The notes below the pieces were generated by a model that did not search any database, was not told the DNA's origin, and worked only from the letters and a program-made list of their open reading frames with translations. A stretch of DNA of 62,269 nt, counting the filler, from Diploschistes diacapsis (lineage: Eukaryota), in NCBI GenBank assembly GCA_023645945.1. It is 4 parts of 4 records of this genome, joined end to end, with 100 filler letters (N's around TTAATTAATTAA, not from the genome) between each part and the next. Parts side by side here need not be neighbours in the genome. Positions count along the whole stretch, not along the records: positions 46,849 to 62,269 come from JALAIB010000551.1; 3 more parts are not named here. One strand, 5' to 3'. This document shows positions 47,478-60,403 of this stretch, piece by piece. A program made the position numbers and the translations under genes. Each line of letters starts with the position of its first letter. Positions within the stretch are counted from its first letter, which is position 1.

Positions 47478-50400
47478 TCAACCCGACTTTCTCTCTTTCT
47501 TCTTCTCGATCTTGTCCTTCTCCACCAGATTATCTTTCGGTGAATTGTGTTCTTTGTTCGCTGGCTGCTGCGGCTCAAAGTCGAGCTCGAGGCTGCGCCC
47601 GGCCTGGTACGCTTCGAGGGCGCGCTTCGTCTGCTCCGTGCTCTCGAAGATGCCGTACTTCTTCCACTTGCGCTTGCCTTTGTATATCTGTATCCTGCCC
47701 TTGATGCCCTTTGACCTTGCCAGGTCAATCTCCCTTTGCATTGCCATGATGACTTTCCAAGCTTCGCGAATGCGCCTGTCGCAGTCCGCCAGCTCGTCTT
47801 TGGACAGTAAAGTGAGCTCCTGCTGGCCCTGGAAGATGCGCGCCCGACGAATAATCTTGGTGGGCTGGCGACTTTTGATTAGCTCTTGATGAATGCCCAT
47901 CATAGTGTACGCTGGGAGGCCGCAGAGGGCAGCAAGGTCCTTGAGCACCCATCCACCGAACCCTTTGCCGATTCCCTTGGCCAGTCCGATGGCGCCATCG
48001 TTTTTGGCACCATGATAAGGCTGAGCGACCAAGCCAGTCCACCCGTCGTATATGCCGAACCGCACCTCTTCTCCAGCTGCTCTGAGACCGGACTTGATTC
48101 CCTGAACCCGCCGTGGCGTACGGACCGTCGAGTCTCCGTACAGACGCGGAGCATTGTGAAATCCTCGGACCAACGCCAAGGACATGTCCATTGGAGCCGT
48201 CGCCAAAGCAACTCCTGTTTTCGCGAGACCAGACCCGGTCTCAGCGACAAGATCTTGCGCCATTTGCCCGTCAAACATGCCGCTGGTCAACGGATCATGC
48301 ATCCGATTACTCGAAGTCGGAGAAGCCTCGGCGTCATCTTCTCGGTTCTGACCATCATCGGCTTGAGAATTCGCGTTCGGTTTTACTGATTTCATATCAT
48401 GAGCAGTTTCCTTCGCCTGCCGGTGCTTCCTTCGCTCATTCCGCTTACCCTCCCCCTTTAGAGTCTTGGCCCATCGAAAAGGGGTTCTGCCGATTCCTTG
48501 AACCGCGGACCCCACAGTTGTAGCGAGGGCAGCTCCAGCGCCCGTGACAGGCTCGCCGGGGCCCTCGAAGTCATTCCACTCATAGTGCCTAATCAATCTC
48601 ATATCTTTCCATTGGATCTTTCCCTGTTTCACCAGCATTTCTGCTGCCAGTGGGCTAAGCCGCATATGCGTAGCCTTCAACCACCATGCTGCAACCCTTT
48701 CTCGAAAAACAGAGCATGTGATTGAATGATTCCCTGAACAAGGTAACGATCTATGGAACGACTCTATAGCATTTCTGGCTCCATCGCCTTCCTGTTCGAT
48801 TTTCTTTGCCAGTCTCTGTGCGGCCTCTTGAGTCTTGGGCTCCAAGAGCATCTTGATCGAATCGGCAAGCTTGTCCGCGGTTAGATGCTTGTAAGGTATG
48901 GGCTCGGCACCAGCGCCAGCCTTGGCGACCATGGCGCCCCAGAATGGCTGGTCTCCAAAGAAAGGTACGATCATTGTGGGCCTACCGAATTTCATTCCAA
49001 TCGCCGTAGTACCAGCGCCGCCGTGGTGCACCACCGCGCTCACGCGTGGGAAAAGCCAATCATGGGGAGTATTGCCAAGCATATAAACATTCTCTGGAGT
49101 GTTACCTTCGTCCCCAAGGCCTCCCCAGCCTTTACTAACAAGTGCCCTCACACCCGCCTTTTCGACAGCTTCGAAGATGAGGGACGTGAACTTCTCCGGG
49201 TCATCAACCACTATACTTCCAAACCCAATATACACAGGTGGTGGCCCATTATCAAGAAACTTTGCAAGGTCATCCGGGGGCGTAAATGAGGAGGCGAGTT
49301 CCAAAAAGACGAAACCTGTTACGTTGATTTCAGGACCCCAATCAGACGGTTTCGGCACAAGATCTGGGCTCCACAAGTAAGTATGAGGTACCCTTAGCCG
49401 GAAGAGTTGTCCTGGAGCCCATAGGGTCGAGATTGGCTCCAAGGCAAGCGTCTTGACGCGGAAGCGGTTAATCAGATCCCCCAAGCCTTGCCAGGTCATC
49501 ATCTCAACCAAGGGGTAGGACATGAAGTTTGTGTAATTTGCCTCCACATTACTTTTCTTAATGTTCGCCAATGGGTGCGGGAATTGCTGGGTCGGGCTGG
49601 TCGGAAACGTAAACATTAAGTGCAACGGTACACCAAGGCGCTCTGCGCAATGTATGTGGGCGAAGCTGGGAGGATTGGCGATAATTGCGTCTGCGACGAA
49701 AGGATTCTTCAAACCCATCATCCGAAGATTTTCGACATCTTTTTCGTCGTCTGTCGCATTGATGCATGCACGCCAAAAGCCCTTGAACATCTCATACATT
49801 GACTCGCGTCGCCTAGCAATCTCTCCAGATCTTATTGTCTCCGTCTTCGGGATTAAGCCGGGATTTTTCACCATGAATGCCATGAGTTCGGCAGGGTCTC
49901 CACCAACAGAGAAGAATTCAAGACCCGAGTCCTTTTCAACAAACTCTTTGAAGACAGGATGAGTGGCTATTCGGACTCTATGGCCGTAATCCTCCTTCAA
50001 GACCTTACCCAGACGCAAGAAGGGCTGTATATCTCCTCTACTGCCAATGACCATAACAACAATGTTCATTTTCGGAGGTGGCCGATGTAGGGATTTTTCA
50101 GAGCTCTCGGGTAGAGTTGGAGTTGCAGTGCTTCCTGATAGAGCACGACCGCTGGACGTCGTTCCCGGTTGGGGAGCTAGTGGTTCCACTTGACCATGTT
50201 GGTCGTCGCCAAATCGATGATTCAACGTTGCTCCAAGGGCTTTGGCTAGGTATCCACGATGTCCGATATCCTGTAAACTAATGTTCAACCGTCCGTCCCG
50301 TTTCGAAACGCGACCTTTTGTTTTATAGCCCTCATTCCCCACCGAGAATTTCGAGTATGGAATGTCAGAGGGCTTCCTGCCCGAAGGATGATGCCACCTG

Positions 50401-50975
50401 GATTTTGGCTTGTTGGGTGGCACACCCTGTGATTTCTTGAAATTCCGATTAGGTGCGGATTCATCGTCAGAAGACTCTGATGATTCCGAGTCGGGCTCGA
50501 ACAATCCCGGATTGTAAATGTCGGGCGCCACCTCTGTCTGACGTCGTCGGACACCTAATACTGAGGGTCGCTGATATTGTGCTGGCCGCTCTGTGAGAAG
50601 AGTCCTTCGCGGGGCTTTGGGACGAGTACCAGGCTCGCTTGATTTCATGAGGAGTCCAGGAGTATTGGGTTCGACTATCGTGTTCGCTGGCGTTTGAGTC
50701 GCCTCTTGCTCCTCCACAGCCTTTTCTCCTGCTTGGGGAAAGCCGCAAGACACAGCTCTGTTGTTATGCACCGATGGATGTGGAAATTCAAGAGGTGGTG
50801 GTATTGGTAGGATGTTAACACCAACCGCCTCTGGAGCTTCTGAACCGCTATTTTGTGCGTCCTGTGCACCTGGCGCCCGAATCTCGAATTTCTCCTCTAC
50901 ACCAGACTGGGCAGTTTGTGGTTCGGAAGTGAGCTTGGTCGGCTTTGCACCTTCTGGTAGGTATGGCCGACTCAT
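47478..50975 (-). CDS. GT1-family sterol 3-beta-glucosyltransferase-like protein, intronless
   Basis: GSRGDIQPF, HRVRIATH, IIANPPSFAHIHCAE, YIGFGSIVV, HHGGAGTTA, PFFGDQPFWG. Confidence 0.94.
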   Translation of the reverse strand: MSRPYLPEGAKPTKLTSEPQTAQSGVEEKFEIRAPGAQDAQNSGSEAPEAVGVNILPIPPPLEFPHPSVHNNRAVSCGFPQAGEKAVEEQEATQTPANTIVEPNTPGLLMKSSEPGTRPKAPRRTLLTERPAQYQRPSVLGVRRRQTEVAPDIYNPGLFEPDSESSESSDDESAPNRNFKKSQGVPPNKPKSRWHHPSGRKPSDIPYSKFSVGNEGYKTKGRVSKRDGRLNISLQDIGHRGYLAKALGATLNHRFGDDQHGQVEPLAPQPGTTSSGRALSGSTATPTLPESSEKSLHRPPPKMNIVVMVIGSRGDIQPFLRLGKVLKEDYGHRVRIATHPVFKEFVEKDSGLEFFSVGGDPAELMAFMVKNPGLIPKTETIRSGEIARRRESMYEMFKGFWRACINATDDEKDVENLRMMGLKNPFVADAIIANPPSFAHIHCAERLGVPLHLMFTFPTSPTQQFPHPLANIKKSNVEANYTNFMSYPLVEMMTWQGLGDLINRFRVKTLALEPISTLWAPGQLFRLRVPHTYLWSPDLVPKPSDWGPEINVTGFVFLELASSFTPPDDLAKFLDNGPPPVYIGFGSIVVDDPEKFTSLIFEAVEKAGVRALVSKGWGGLGDEGNTPENVYMLGNTPHDWLFPRVSAVVHHGGAGTTAIGMKFGRPTMIVPFFGDQPFWGAMVAKAGAGAEPIPYKHLTADKLADSIKMLLEPKTQEAAQRLAKKIEQEGDGARNAIESFHRSLPCSGNHSITCSVFRERVAAWWLKATHMRLSPLAAEMLVKQGKIQWKDMRLIRHYEWNDFEGPGEPVTGAGAALATTVGSAVQGIGRTPFRWAKTLKGEGKRNERRKHRQAKETAHDMKSVKPNANSQADDGQNREDDAEASPTSSNRMHDPLTSGMFDGQMAQDLVAETGSGLAKTGVALATAPMDMSLALVRGFHNAPRLYGDSTVRTPRRVQGIKSGLRAAGEEVRFGIYDGWTGLVAQPYHGAKNDGAIGLAKGIGKGFGGWVLKDLAALCGLPAYTMMGIHQELIKSRQPTKIIRRARIFQGQQELTLLSKDELADCDRRIREAWKVIMAMQREIDLARSKGIKGRIQIYKGKRKWKKYGIFESTEQTKRALEAYQAGRSLELDFEPQQPANKEHNSPKDNLVEKDKIEKKKERKSG

Positions 50976-51648
50976 TGCGGTTCAGTTGAGGAGAGCGCTG
51001 GTGAAGGAGAAGTCGTCGAAAAATTGGGTCCAAGCTAGGAACAAGACACGAAATTCATTATTGTAATCTGTGCAGCATCAGCAACTGGAAGATTGCTGCA
51101 CTTTTTCCGTGTGAAACGCGCTGGTTCTTCTTACAAGGACTTGTGCTATGATGTGGCAAAAACAGAATAGCAAGTGGGCAGGTGCAGAACGAGCTCTACT
51201 GGGTCAACAAGGAGACGTTGAAGGAGTGTGCATACAGTCAGAAAGTGCAGTAAATCCGGTTTGTGGATTGTAGCTCTGTAACCAAAGAAGTGAAAAGAGA
51301 GAATATAATGTCAGAATCCCCATTGAGAGCAATCTCTTTCTTTCCAACGGCTTTTTGCTGAGAGCAACGTCATAGCTACGATACCTTGATACCTACCAAA
51401 ATGTTACCGCATAATAACGCTAAATAACGCGCTCAGGCACCCCGTCGGCATTTGCTCCGCGCGTGCGCATTTACTGCCCTCCTTTGGGGGTAGCATCACG
51501 TACATCCCCATATTAATTAATTATTACCGAGCTTCAAGTTAGGTATGTACCAATATTACTGATGCGCTATAGATCTTGGAAGGCGAAGGAAGATGCATGA
51601 CTGTTGGGAAGCTGTGGAGAGACCTTTAACTATTCCTTTATATACACC

Positions 51649-52798
51649 CTACTGGGAGTATCCCCTCCAACGATCACCGATTCTTGCTGCGCCAACTCTT
51701 TCTTCCGGCCAGAAGCAAAAATCAAAGAAGCCAACGACGGTCTTCCTAAGTAACTCTACCATTGTCTTTCCCTTGATACTACCTACATCCGGTGTCTTCC
51801 CGCCTCCTGGAACTAGCTCCTTCCAGAACGTCACATCGCTAAAGTCCAGGTAGGCCGCACCCTTGACGAGGCCTTCACGCTTCCACCCGGTCTGCTGCTT
51901 TTCGAATTCCTGCCAGCTCTTGTCCCTGTCGGCGCTATCGTTCTCCTGCGCACCACCCACCAAGAGATGAGGCACAGGTGCCACATCTATGAGCGAGTTA
52001 CTGGACCCAATGACCGCGGACAGGGAGCCGTCGAGGTCTGCACCTGCCACGACCGTCGCATTACATCCCTGCTTGCATGCTGCCTCGTTCAGCAGCAATG
52101 TCTCTAGCGCCGCGGCCCCTCCAATCCCCATGGCCAAAAATGGCATAGTGTGTGGTGTTAAAGGGTGCTCCGAACTCGGCTACGAGGCCTGGAAAGAAAG
52201 GGATGAAGGCAGCGGTGTCCGAGAGGCGGACGTTGTAGAGAGCCTGCGTGAAACTGGCGTTGAATTTGGTGCCTACTGTTAAGCCGTAGACGCCCGGCCC
52301 ACCGTACGGATACTGTAGAAATGGCGCCTCTTCGGGGTGATCAATCGCAACAATGAAACATCCTCGTGCCGCAAAAGATGTCAACAGAGCCGTGTAGGCT
52401 ACTGCGGGAATCCCAGCGCCGGGTAGGAAGATGATACTTGGTGGGTACGCAACGTTCGTCACGGTAGACGCCTGGAATTTCAGGTCCGTTGTCAGATTGG
52501 CAAGTGTGCCGGGTGAATAGTCATAGGCTGTTTCGTAAATAGAGGCAGTGACATTGTCGAGGTAAGGCCGGGTCGTGTTGGGCACTTGCTGGGTCGGATA
52601 ATAGAAGGTGAGCAGGACAGTTGCTCCGGTACCATTTTCCGCGACAGGATCATTTGGGGTGTCATGGTAGAGGACATGCTGTGTTATTGCTGGATAGTAC
52701 TTGCCATGGGGCAGAGGAATTGATGTTGAAGATACCAAGAAGGGCAGAAAGATGAACAAGAGCGTCCAGATAAACTTAGTTCTCAAGAGTATGTTCAT
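51649..52798 (-). pseudogene. Secreted PAF-acetylhydrolase-like alpha/beta hydrolase; frameshifted, catalytic residues altered
   Basis: FYYP, FLPGAG..YT, VAIDHP, DLDG. One extra G at about 52126-52129 in the GHx-x-GG elbow. Confidence 0.7.
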
Positions 52799-53302
52799 AT
52801 CGGAAGATCAAGCGCCACAAATTTCTACCCGATATATTGCGAGGCCGGCAGTTGGTATATAGTCTTTTTCTCATCTTGGAAACGAACAAACTACCTCCCA
52901 ATAACGAGTAGCATGTGGTTTGTGATGCCATGACGGTTTTCTTTGATGATTGGCAGATTTGCATATGCGGCATACGCGAACATGGCTGTGTTGCAGAATT
53001 GAACGGGCGGGAAATGCGGAGAAATGCTTCACCGACCGTTTCTCTCGACCAAGTTCCCCAGGATTAGGCACGTTGCAGTTTCCAAAGCTGGGTTACTTGT
53101 AGCTTACTGTGATTGATAAGGTCGACATTAGCTTCCTTCGAGTCTTTTTGTCGTCCAAATGAAAATGAGCAAAGATTTCCATGCGCAATCCATGTCCACA
53201 AAGTAAAGAAGTTCGGATCCTCAAGGAAAAACATGCGTAGCGTCATACTGCATACCGTGTGCATAGATTTCAATAGTGATTATCCTTCTATCCCACCTCA
53301 AA

Positions 53303-55318
53303 TCACTTTGCCAGGAATTTCTGAAAGGCAGAGTTGTCAATCGAGACGTTTCCCACAGCTCGCAGTCTCTTTCTCCCTTCTTTCTGATTCTCAAGTAGCT
53401 TCTTTCTCCTCGAGACGTCGCTAGCATGAAGCTTCGCCAGCACGTCTTTCCGAAACGGCTTCAGTGTTTCCCTAGCGACTATCCTCCTCCCCGCAGCCGC
53501 TTGAATGATGACTTCGAACATCTGCCGATCGACGTGTTCTTTGAACTTCGTGACCCACTCCTTGCCCAGACGATCCGTCTGGCTCGTATGCACAACGCGC
53601 GCGACCGCGTCGACCGGGACTTTGTTCACGAGCAGTTGCAGCTTGACGATCTTGCTCTTCCTCCATCCGGCCTCTTCGTAGTCGAGAGTTGCGTAGCCTT
53701 TGGTGGCGCCTTTGAGCTTGCCGAAGAAGTCATCGACAAGCTGCGCCAGAGGAATCTCATACTTCAGAATGACTTGGGTAGCAGTGAAGAAAGTGAGCTC
53801 TTTCTGCTCTCCCCGGTTGACTTCGCATAGTTCTATGACTGGGCCGATATACTCCTCGGGTAAGGTGATCGTGACCAGCATGTATGGCTCCCGAAGTTCT
53901 TGTACTTGTGATTTGGTGACTTCTTCGTCCGGAAACTTTGCGGGATTTCTGATGATTTCGTCCCTGCCATTTGCCCAGATAACCTGGAAAGGGACAGTCG
54001 GAGGTGTAATGATGATACTGGCGCCGTGTTCCTGCCTCAGTCGATCTTCAAAGACGGAGCAATGGAGGGTTCCCAGGAAGCCTAATCTCCAACCAGCGCC
54101 TAGTGCCTCGGAGTACTCCTTCTGGACTGTAACGCTCCGGTCATTCAACACAACCTGATTGATGCTATCCTCTAGGTGCCCATAGTCGCTTTGGTCCGTG
54201 GGATATGCAGCCACAAACACCATTGATTTGGGTTCCTCGAAGCCGGGCAAAGGCTCCACTACCGACTGGGATCCAACGGTTGTGAACGTATCACCAACCT
54301 TTGCCTCTTGAATGCGCTTCATGCCTGGATTGAAGTACACATAGCCAAGCTGACCGGCACGCAAAATAGTCTGTGGTGTTTGCTCTGGGTACATGATTCC
54401 CACTTCGCCCACTGTGTACTTCAAGCCAGTCGCGAAAGACGTAAGTTGATCTCCGGCCTTGACTGTACCATCGAAAAGGCGGACGAGTAGAATGACTCCT
54501 CTGTACGTAGAATACCACGAGTCCACCAAGAGCATGCGTAGGGGTTTTGAAGACTCCCCCTCCGGCCTATCGCAAACGTCAGCTAGACTTACGAGAGCAA
54601 GGAAACTTGCTCACGGTGGGATCTTCTCCACTATTTCAGGAAGCAATTTCTCGACATTCAAACCGGTCTTGGCTGAGAGGAGGATTGCGTCCTTGGAATC
54701 AAGTTCAAATGTGTCTTCTATCTGCTCAATCACGCGTGACGGTTCTGCTGATGGCAGATCGATTTTGTTGAGCACCGGAAGCAAGAACAGCCCCTGAGAA
54801 AAGGCTAGGTAGAAGTTGGCAACAGTCTGCGCTTGAATCCCTTGACTGGCATCCACCAACAAGATAGCTCCTCCACAGCTTGCATAGCTGCGTGAGACCT
54901 CTGCACGAAAGTCAACATGGCCAGGGGTATCCACCAGATTCAGTAAATAGTCTTTCCCCCTGTAGTCATATATCATGCTACATGTCTGAGCCTTTACTGT
55001 TATCCCCCTTTCTCTTTCTACATCGAGCTTGTCCAGGAACTGTTTCTTCCCACCGGGCGCGATTGTACCAGTAATCTCAAGGAGGCGGTCGCTAAGGGTG
55101 CTTTTGCCATGATCGACGTGAGCGACGATGCAAAAGTTGCGGTACCTCTCGAGGGGAATTTCTGCGATTCTTTTCTCAACCTTGCTAACGGTGTATGTGC
55201 TCACCGCGGAGCGCCGATGGCTGTAAGTAAAAGATCGACGTTGGAACGCAGGCTGCAAAGGAGAAAAGGCTGTGCGCTGACGCTGAGCCTTCAAGAGATA
55301 ACCCACCCATGGCCGCAT
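53303..55318 (-). CDS. GUF1: Mitochondrial translation factor Guf1 (LepA/EF4), 1 intron
   Basis: [38 protein letters not shown]-terminal [14 protein letters not shown]. Confidence 0.97.
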
Positions 55319-55580
55319 CAAATCCACCAGAAGCTTAGAGCAGTCGTATAACTGTCAGAATTTACCCAAGACTTCAAAAAATATCGCTATACAAGAGCAA
55401 GGGGTCTTACTGCCTCGGCCCGAGCGGTCTTGGCAGGTCTCCCGCTTCGCTTGCTCTCTCTTCAAACAAAACATTAGCCTAACCAGAAGAAGATATATCT
55501 ACCTCCGCTCATGGTTGCTGGTGAAAAGCGAACCACGATTGCCGAATCTCATCGGAAGCTCTTCTACTTGACTTGTTACA

Positions 55581-56665
55581 ATGTCTACCGCCAAAGAAAA
55601 GGACAAGTTGAAGACACATAGGCTCTCTCTAAAAGGTCCCGCTTCTTGTGCCACCCAAGAACGATGCGACAAGACTGACCGTGGAATAGGGTCTTCGAAG
55701 CTCGTCTCGGAATTTGTAGGGGCACATATTGTTCCGTTGAGCGCAAGGCTTATTGATATTTAGTTTGAATATTCCATCAATACAATATTGTAACCCGACA
55801 CTGTATCTGCATAGACTATGCTAAAACAACTTTGTAGATTCCAAAGAGGAGTCTATCCCGCCGAGGACTTTTCGCCGTGGGTATCGCATGCTATGTCAGG
55901 CACTGGGCTGGGGCTGACTGACTGTCAGTGTTAAGAAATATGGCCTCAACATGCTTGGTGCAATTGATCCTTCGCATACGGATCGTGCAGTGCTGATGCC
56001 TCAAATAGTATCATCGGACGATCAAGTCCGAGCCTACATCAAGAAGATTATGTCGCAACTAAACAAATGGATGATAGGCGGCAAGATATCAAAGCTCGTT
56101 ATTGTAATCACGGACAAGGAGACAAGCGAGCACGTTGAGCGATGGCAATTCGATGTCAGAACTTCCACGTCTCCTTAAGATCGGACTTGCAAGCTAACTT
56201 TGCGCAGGTCCAAGTATTTTCGAAACCAAGCAAGAAGGCCTCGAGCAGCAAAAGCGGAGACAAAGAGAACGCGGCCCCAGAGTAGGTGAATCCTTTTGCC
56301 CAGCATAGACCCGCGGTTAAGGGAACCCAGTGTGGCGCAAGCAGCACCCGACAAGACCGAGAAGGAAATCCAGGACGAAATCCAAGCCATCTTCCGGCAA
56401 ATCACGGCTTCAGTCACCTTTCTCCCGCAGCTTGACGGCAACTGCACTTTCAACGTGCTAGTGTATGCAGACGCGGATTCTGACGTCCCGCTCGAGTGGG
56501 GAGATAGTGATGCCAAGGATATAAAGAACGGGGAGAAGGTGCAGCTACGGGGCTTTAGCACTGCGAATCATAAGGTTGACACACTTGTCAGCTATAGGTA
56601 TGTTTCAGTATCCCTAGGTATTGCGGTTGAAGGATTGAGTAATCGAGTTTAGGTTGGCTGACTGA
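55581..56665 (+). CDS. MAD2: Spindle checkpoint protein Mad2 (HORMA), about 8 introns
   Basis: LSLK/GSSKLVSEF/FEYSINTIL/FQRGVYP, VERWQFD, IFRQITASVTFLP, FSTANHKVDTLVSY. Confidence 0.95.
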
Positions 56666-57108
56666 GTCTCTGTTATGATCTGTCGCTCGTATTTGAACTT
56701 TCGGTTTTCATATATACTTTCTTGACTTGATGAATCTCCCTGGATGATACTCGCAATAGGGATGGTCCCTCGGTTTCAGTTAAGGTTATACGACTCCCTA
56801 CACTGGTGGGGATGCTCCAATAGGGGCATTGTACAGTTGCTATCATGGACTGCAAATAATGCATACAATCGGAAATGACACCAATGGTTGATTCCTTTTT
56901 GTGTTTTACATGCTGAGACAAAAGCTATAACTTTTCTATATCTTATTCTCCAGCCTGGTTCTTCACAAGGCTCCTACGATACCTTCCCTGCAAGATCTTG
57001 TCCACGATTTATTCACTCCCGACTGCTCCTAATTCCAGCCCAATTATCCTTTTGAATCTGCACTAGGGGCACTGTGGTTCCAAACTCTAGAGGATTATCT
57101 CACACCAA

Positions 57109-58035
57109 TATGGACGTAAAGAAACAGGGTCAGTACAGCAAGCCCAAGATCTCCCAACCTCACCGACAAAAGAACTTAGCAACCGCCACGAGAAGTCACT
57201 TGAAAGCCCTGGTCCAAGCCAGCGCCTCACACATCAAGGACCCCAATCAGAGCACCGAAATCCAAAGACTCCAAGCCAAAGCCACTCAAGAAGACCTCCT
57301 GCTAGCTCGCTATGTCCGGCACGTAATCTGGAATTGGCAACACAACTCCAACTCCGCCGACAAATGGATCTCCGAAGTAGCGGACTCTGACCCTGACAAC
57401 AGCGGTTCGCTGACAGCCGCGTACGCTCTCGCTACCATGGACACGCAGCCCAATGCGTAGCTTGTTTCTTCAACCCATCCCTGGATCGGGAACCGGGTGG
57501 CATGAGCGACGCCGGGGTGCGGCTTGACGAACCCGAAATTAAACTCCGCCGGCTGCCGAGGATGGTCTACTCGCTGACCTACCAACTGTTGCGCTTTCTA
57601 TCGGACGAGTTCGAGGTCGAGACCGAGGCCGGTGCTAGTGTTGACATGACCGCTGCACCCTTCGAGGTGTTGAAGGTGGACTCGGGCTGTTTGCCTGGTG
57701 CGCTGGATCTGCTGAGGGATGTGTGCGAAATAGTGCCAGGGAGGGTTTGTTGCGTTATCCATGGGATACGGACGGTTGAGAGCAATCGGAATGCGTGTTT
57801 TGAGGAGGCGTTGAAGGGTTTTTGGGCGGTGATTGGCTCGGGGAAGGAGAGGGGGAGGAAGGTGCTGTTTACTACGGCGGTACAGTGGATATTTCTGAGA
57901 TGGGGAAGGCGGTTGTTGCTGAGAGATTTAAGAAATCTTGACGGAGGTCGAGGTGGAGATTTGGTGAGGTTGTCCATGGATAGGTCGCTTTCAACTTTCC
58001 TAGCATATTTGCTTCTCTTTTGTTTACATGCATAA
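57109..58035 (+). pseudogene. Degenerate NACHT-like domain, copy 1
   Basis: VYSLTYQLLRFL..CLPGALDLL..P..VCCVIHGI..KVLFTT. Stop at 57458 and frameshift at about 57468. Confidence 0.45.
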
Positions 58036-58359
58036 AGTATAATATGCAGTACTTATATGTTCTTAGAGTTGTGAAGCAAGTCTAGGGCGTTCATATGGCT
58101 CGCAGAGGTTATCTAGTCCCAGTTTTGATTGGCACCAGTGTAGATACCACATCTTGTCATCGTTGAGTGACTGCTACCACTATATTCAATATTTCTAATA
58201 CCCCTTTATACTTGTTCATCCCGTACCTAATCTAAGTCTAGCCAGTGTCAACGCTGCAGAAGTCATGGCTGGTTTCGGTGAATAGGAAAGAAGAGCACCA
58301 TCTTCCAACATCGAATGTTCCCTTCCCACTTCCTACTCCCCTACATTAATCAAACGCTC

Positions 58360-60074
58360 ATGGCTTCTTCGCAGAATAGATTACCAAGCCACATCGTCGC
58401 CAGGGCGAACAAAGTTCGGCGGAATCGACAGCGCCCTATCAGACCCCTTGATCCACCACCCTTGTACACAGATTCGCTGGGACCCGGGGAGAGAATAGCC
58501 GAAGTAGGTTTGTCTACCGCTAAGGCAGTTAGTCCACAAGATGCTTCAGGTCCACGACGTTTTGTCAAAGCAGACATTTTAGCTGCAATCGGCCACCTAA
58601 AGGACCACAAGCTCGACGAAAGGAGGGAGAGCCCACGACCCCTAGGTGAGGGCCTGATGCTGAATCCAGTCACATTCAACGTTCTTCAGATGTGGCTCGC
58701 CTCGGAAGAGTCCAAGCATCTGTTTCTTGCTACCCAATGGACAAAAGAACCAAAGGAGATCGCATGTCAGATTATACCGCTACTGAAAGAGCACCGCATT
58801 CCGGTCGCGTGCTTTATCGGTGGGCCAGAATATATCAGAGATTGCAAGGAGCGGCAACCGGATTTTCGCCTATACACCCTTCTGAGGGTGATCCACACGT
58901 TAGTAAACCAGCTGATCCGCCTCCTCGGGATAAATGTGGTATCAAAGGTCGGTTTGAGCAATGCAAGGATGCGTCGTTCGACTGGCGTACAGAGTGCTTA
59001 CCTTGGGCCATCAAGCTTCTGTACGATCTTCGTACTATGGCTCCTTGCAACCTCTATTTCATTATGTGCGACCTTGACCTACCTAGCAGGGCAGATTCAC
59101 CAGAGCTCAAGGACTGTTTCGATAGATTACGAATGTTATCTCTGGTCGCAAGCCAGGACGCGATACCGAACCCGGAATACGCCGCATCAGAAAGACGTTC
59201 TGAAGCCAGCCAAGATTTCCAGGCTCACTCGACGAGTATCTCGAGAATAGTGATCAAGACAGTAACCTTGTCCGACTTCCTCGAGATGAAGAGATCAGCG
59301 CCACTGTGCACATCTCTTCCCTCGCGGTAGTGCATATCCGTTATCGTCGTCACATGATTCAGCAACATACGTCGCATTTCACACAGTACTGTGAAAGTCC
59401 GCCAAGGAGCCTACCACAACTTGGCTCGAGTCTGATGGTTGATCGGCATATGTTAGATACAATTCAGGGATGGCTTTCGAGGCAAGGAAATTGTAGCCTC
59501 TGCATTTGCGAAGACACTGACGATAGGATCGAGTTTATCAGGAGCCACGTCATGTCCTTAGTAGCCTCGGGTATCGCACAAATGTCCTCTGCTTCTATTG
59601 CACCTTCGAGTACGAGAAGAGGCCGACATCTTGAAGCTCGCATACTCATGGATCAAAAATCTTGCTGACCACTTGCCGAACGAATTTCAATCGTCTGAGG
59701 ATTTGAGTCTCTCCGATGCACTCGATCTTCAGGTTGAGTGCATGCCAGGTGCTATCAGTTTACTCAAACACTTCTCAAGGTTGGTCCCTGAAGGTTTAGC
59801 TTGTATCATATGTGATTCCCAAGCACACTTGATTCGTGAGGATGGTAGCACTTTGCGAAATCTGTTTGGAGAACTCATTGATGCGTTTTACCTGAAGCCA
59901 CTCGGGGACGACGGACTCCATCCAACTCGTTGGATATTCTTTCTAGAGAGCAAATATTCTCCCGATGTTATAAGCCGCCAGCAAACCGATGAAGAGGGCT
60001 TTGTGTGGTACGACTATCACGATTCAAGTAGGCGGCCACTAAGAACCTTGAGACTACTGGAGAACTTGTTCTGA
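58360..60074 (+). pseudogene. Two further tandem degenerate NACHT-like domains (copies 2 and 3)
   Basis: LQMWL/IQGWL, HTLVNQLIRLL/YSWIKNLADHL, CLPWAIKLL/CMPGAISLL. Frameshifts at about 58971 and 59590. Confidence 0.45.
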
Positions 60075-60403
60075 TCAAGAACTAAGTTGAGTGTCAGTGG
60101 ATAGTGAAAGACAAGGATAATTATCAACAAGTACAGGGGGGATGTAACTGCTTTTTGGGCAATGTCCAGCGTTTGCCGCAGGTTCACAATATTGCTTGCC
60201 CAGTATTGACCAGATACGTAGGGTTCTCTTGCATGGTGGCAATCATCATGCTTTATGCACAAGCAAATTGATAGAATAGGTACCCATGCTGGTACCAAGC
60301 ATTCGCCCACATCCCAATGCCTTAAAAAGCTTCACACCCTGTCACTCGATAGTAGCAGCGTTTCAGTGCCCTCCTATTGCACCATTAGTATGTGTCATCT
60401 CGC

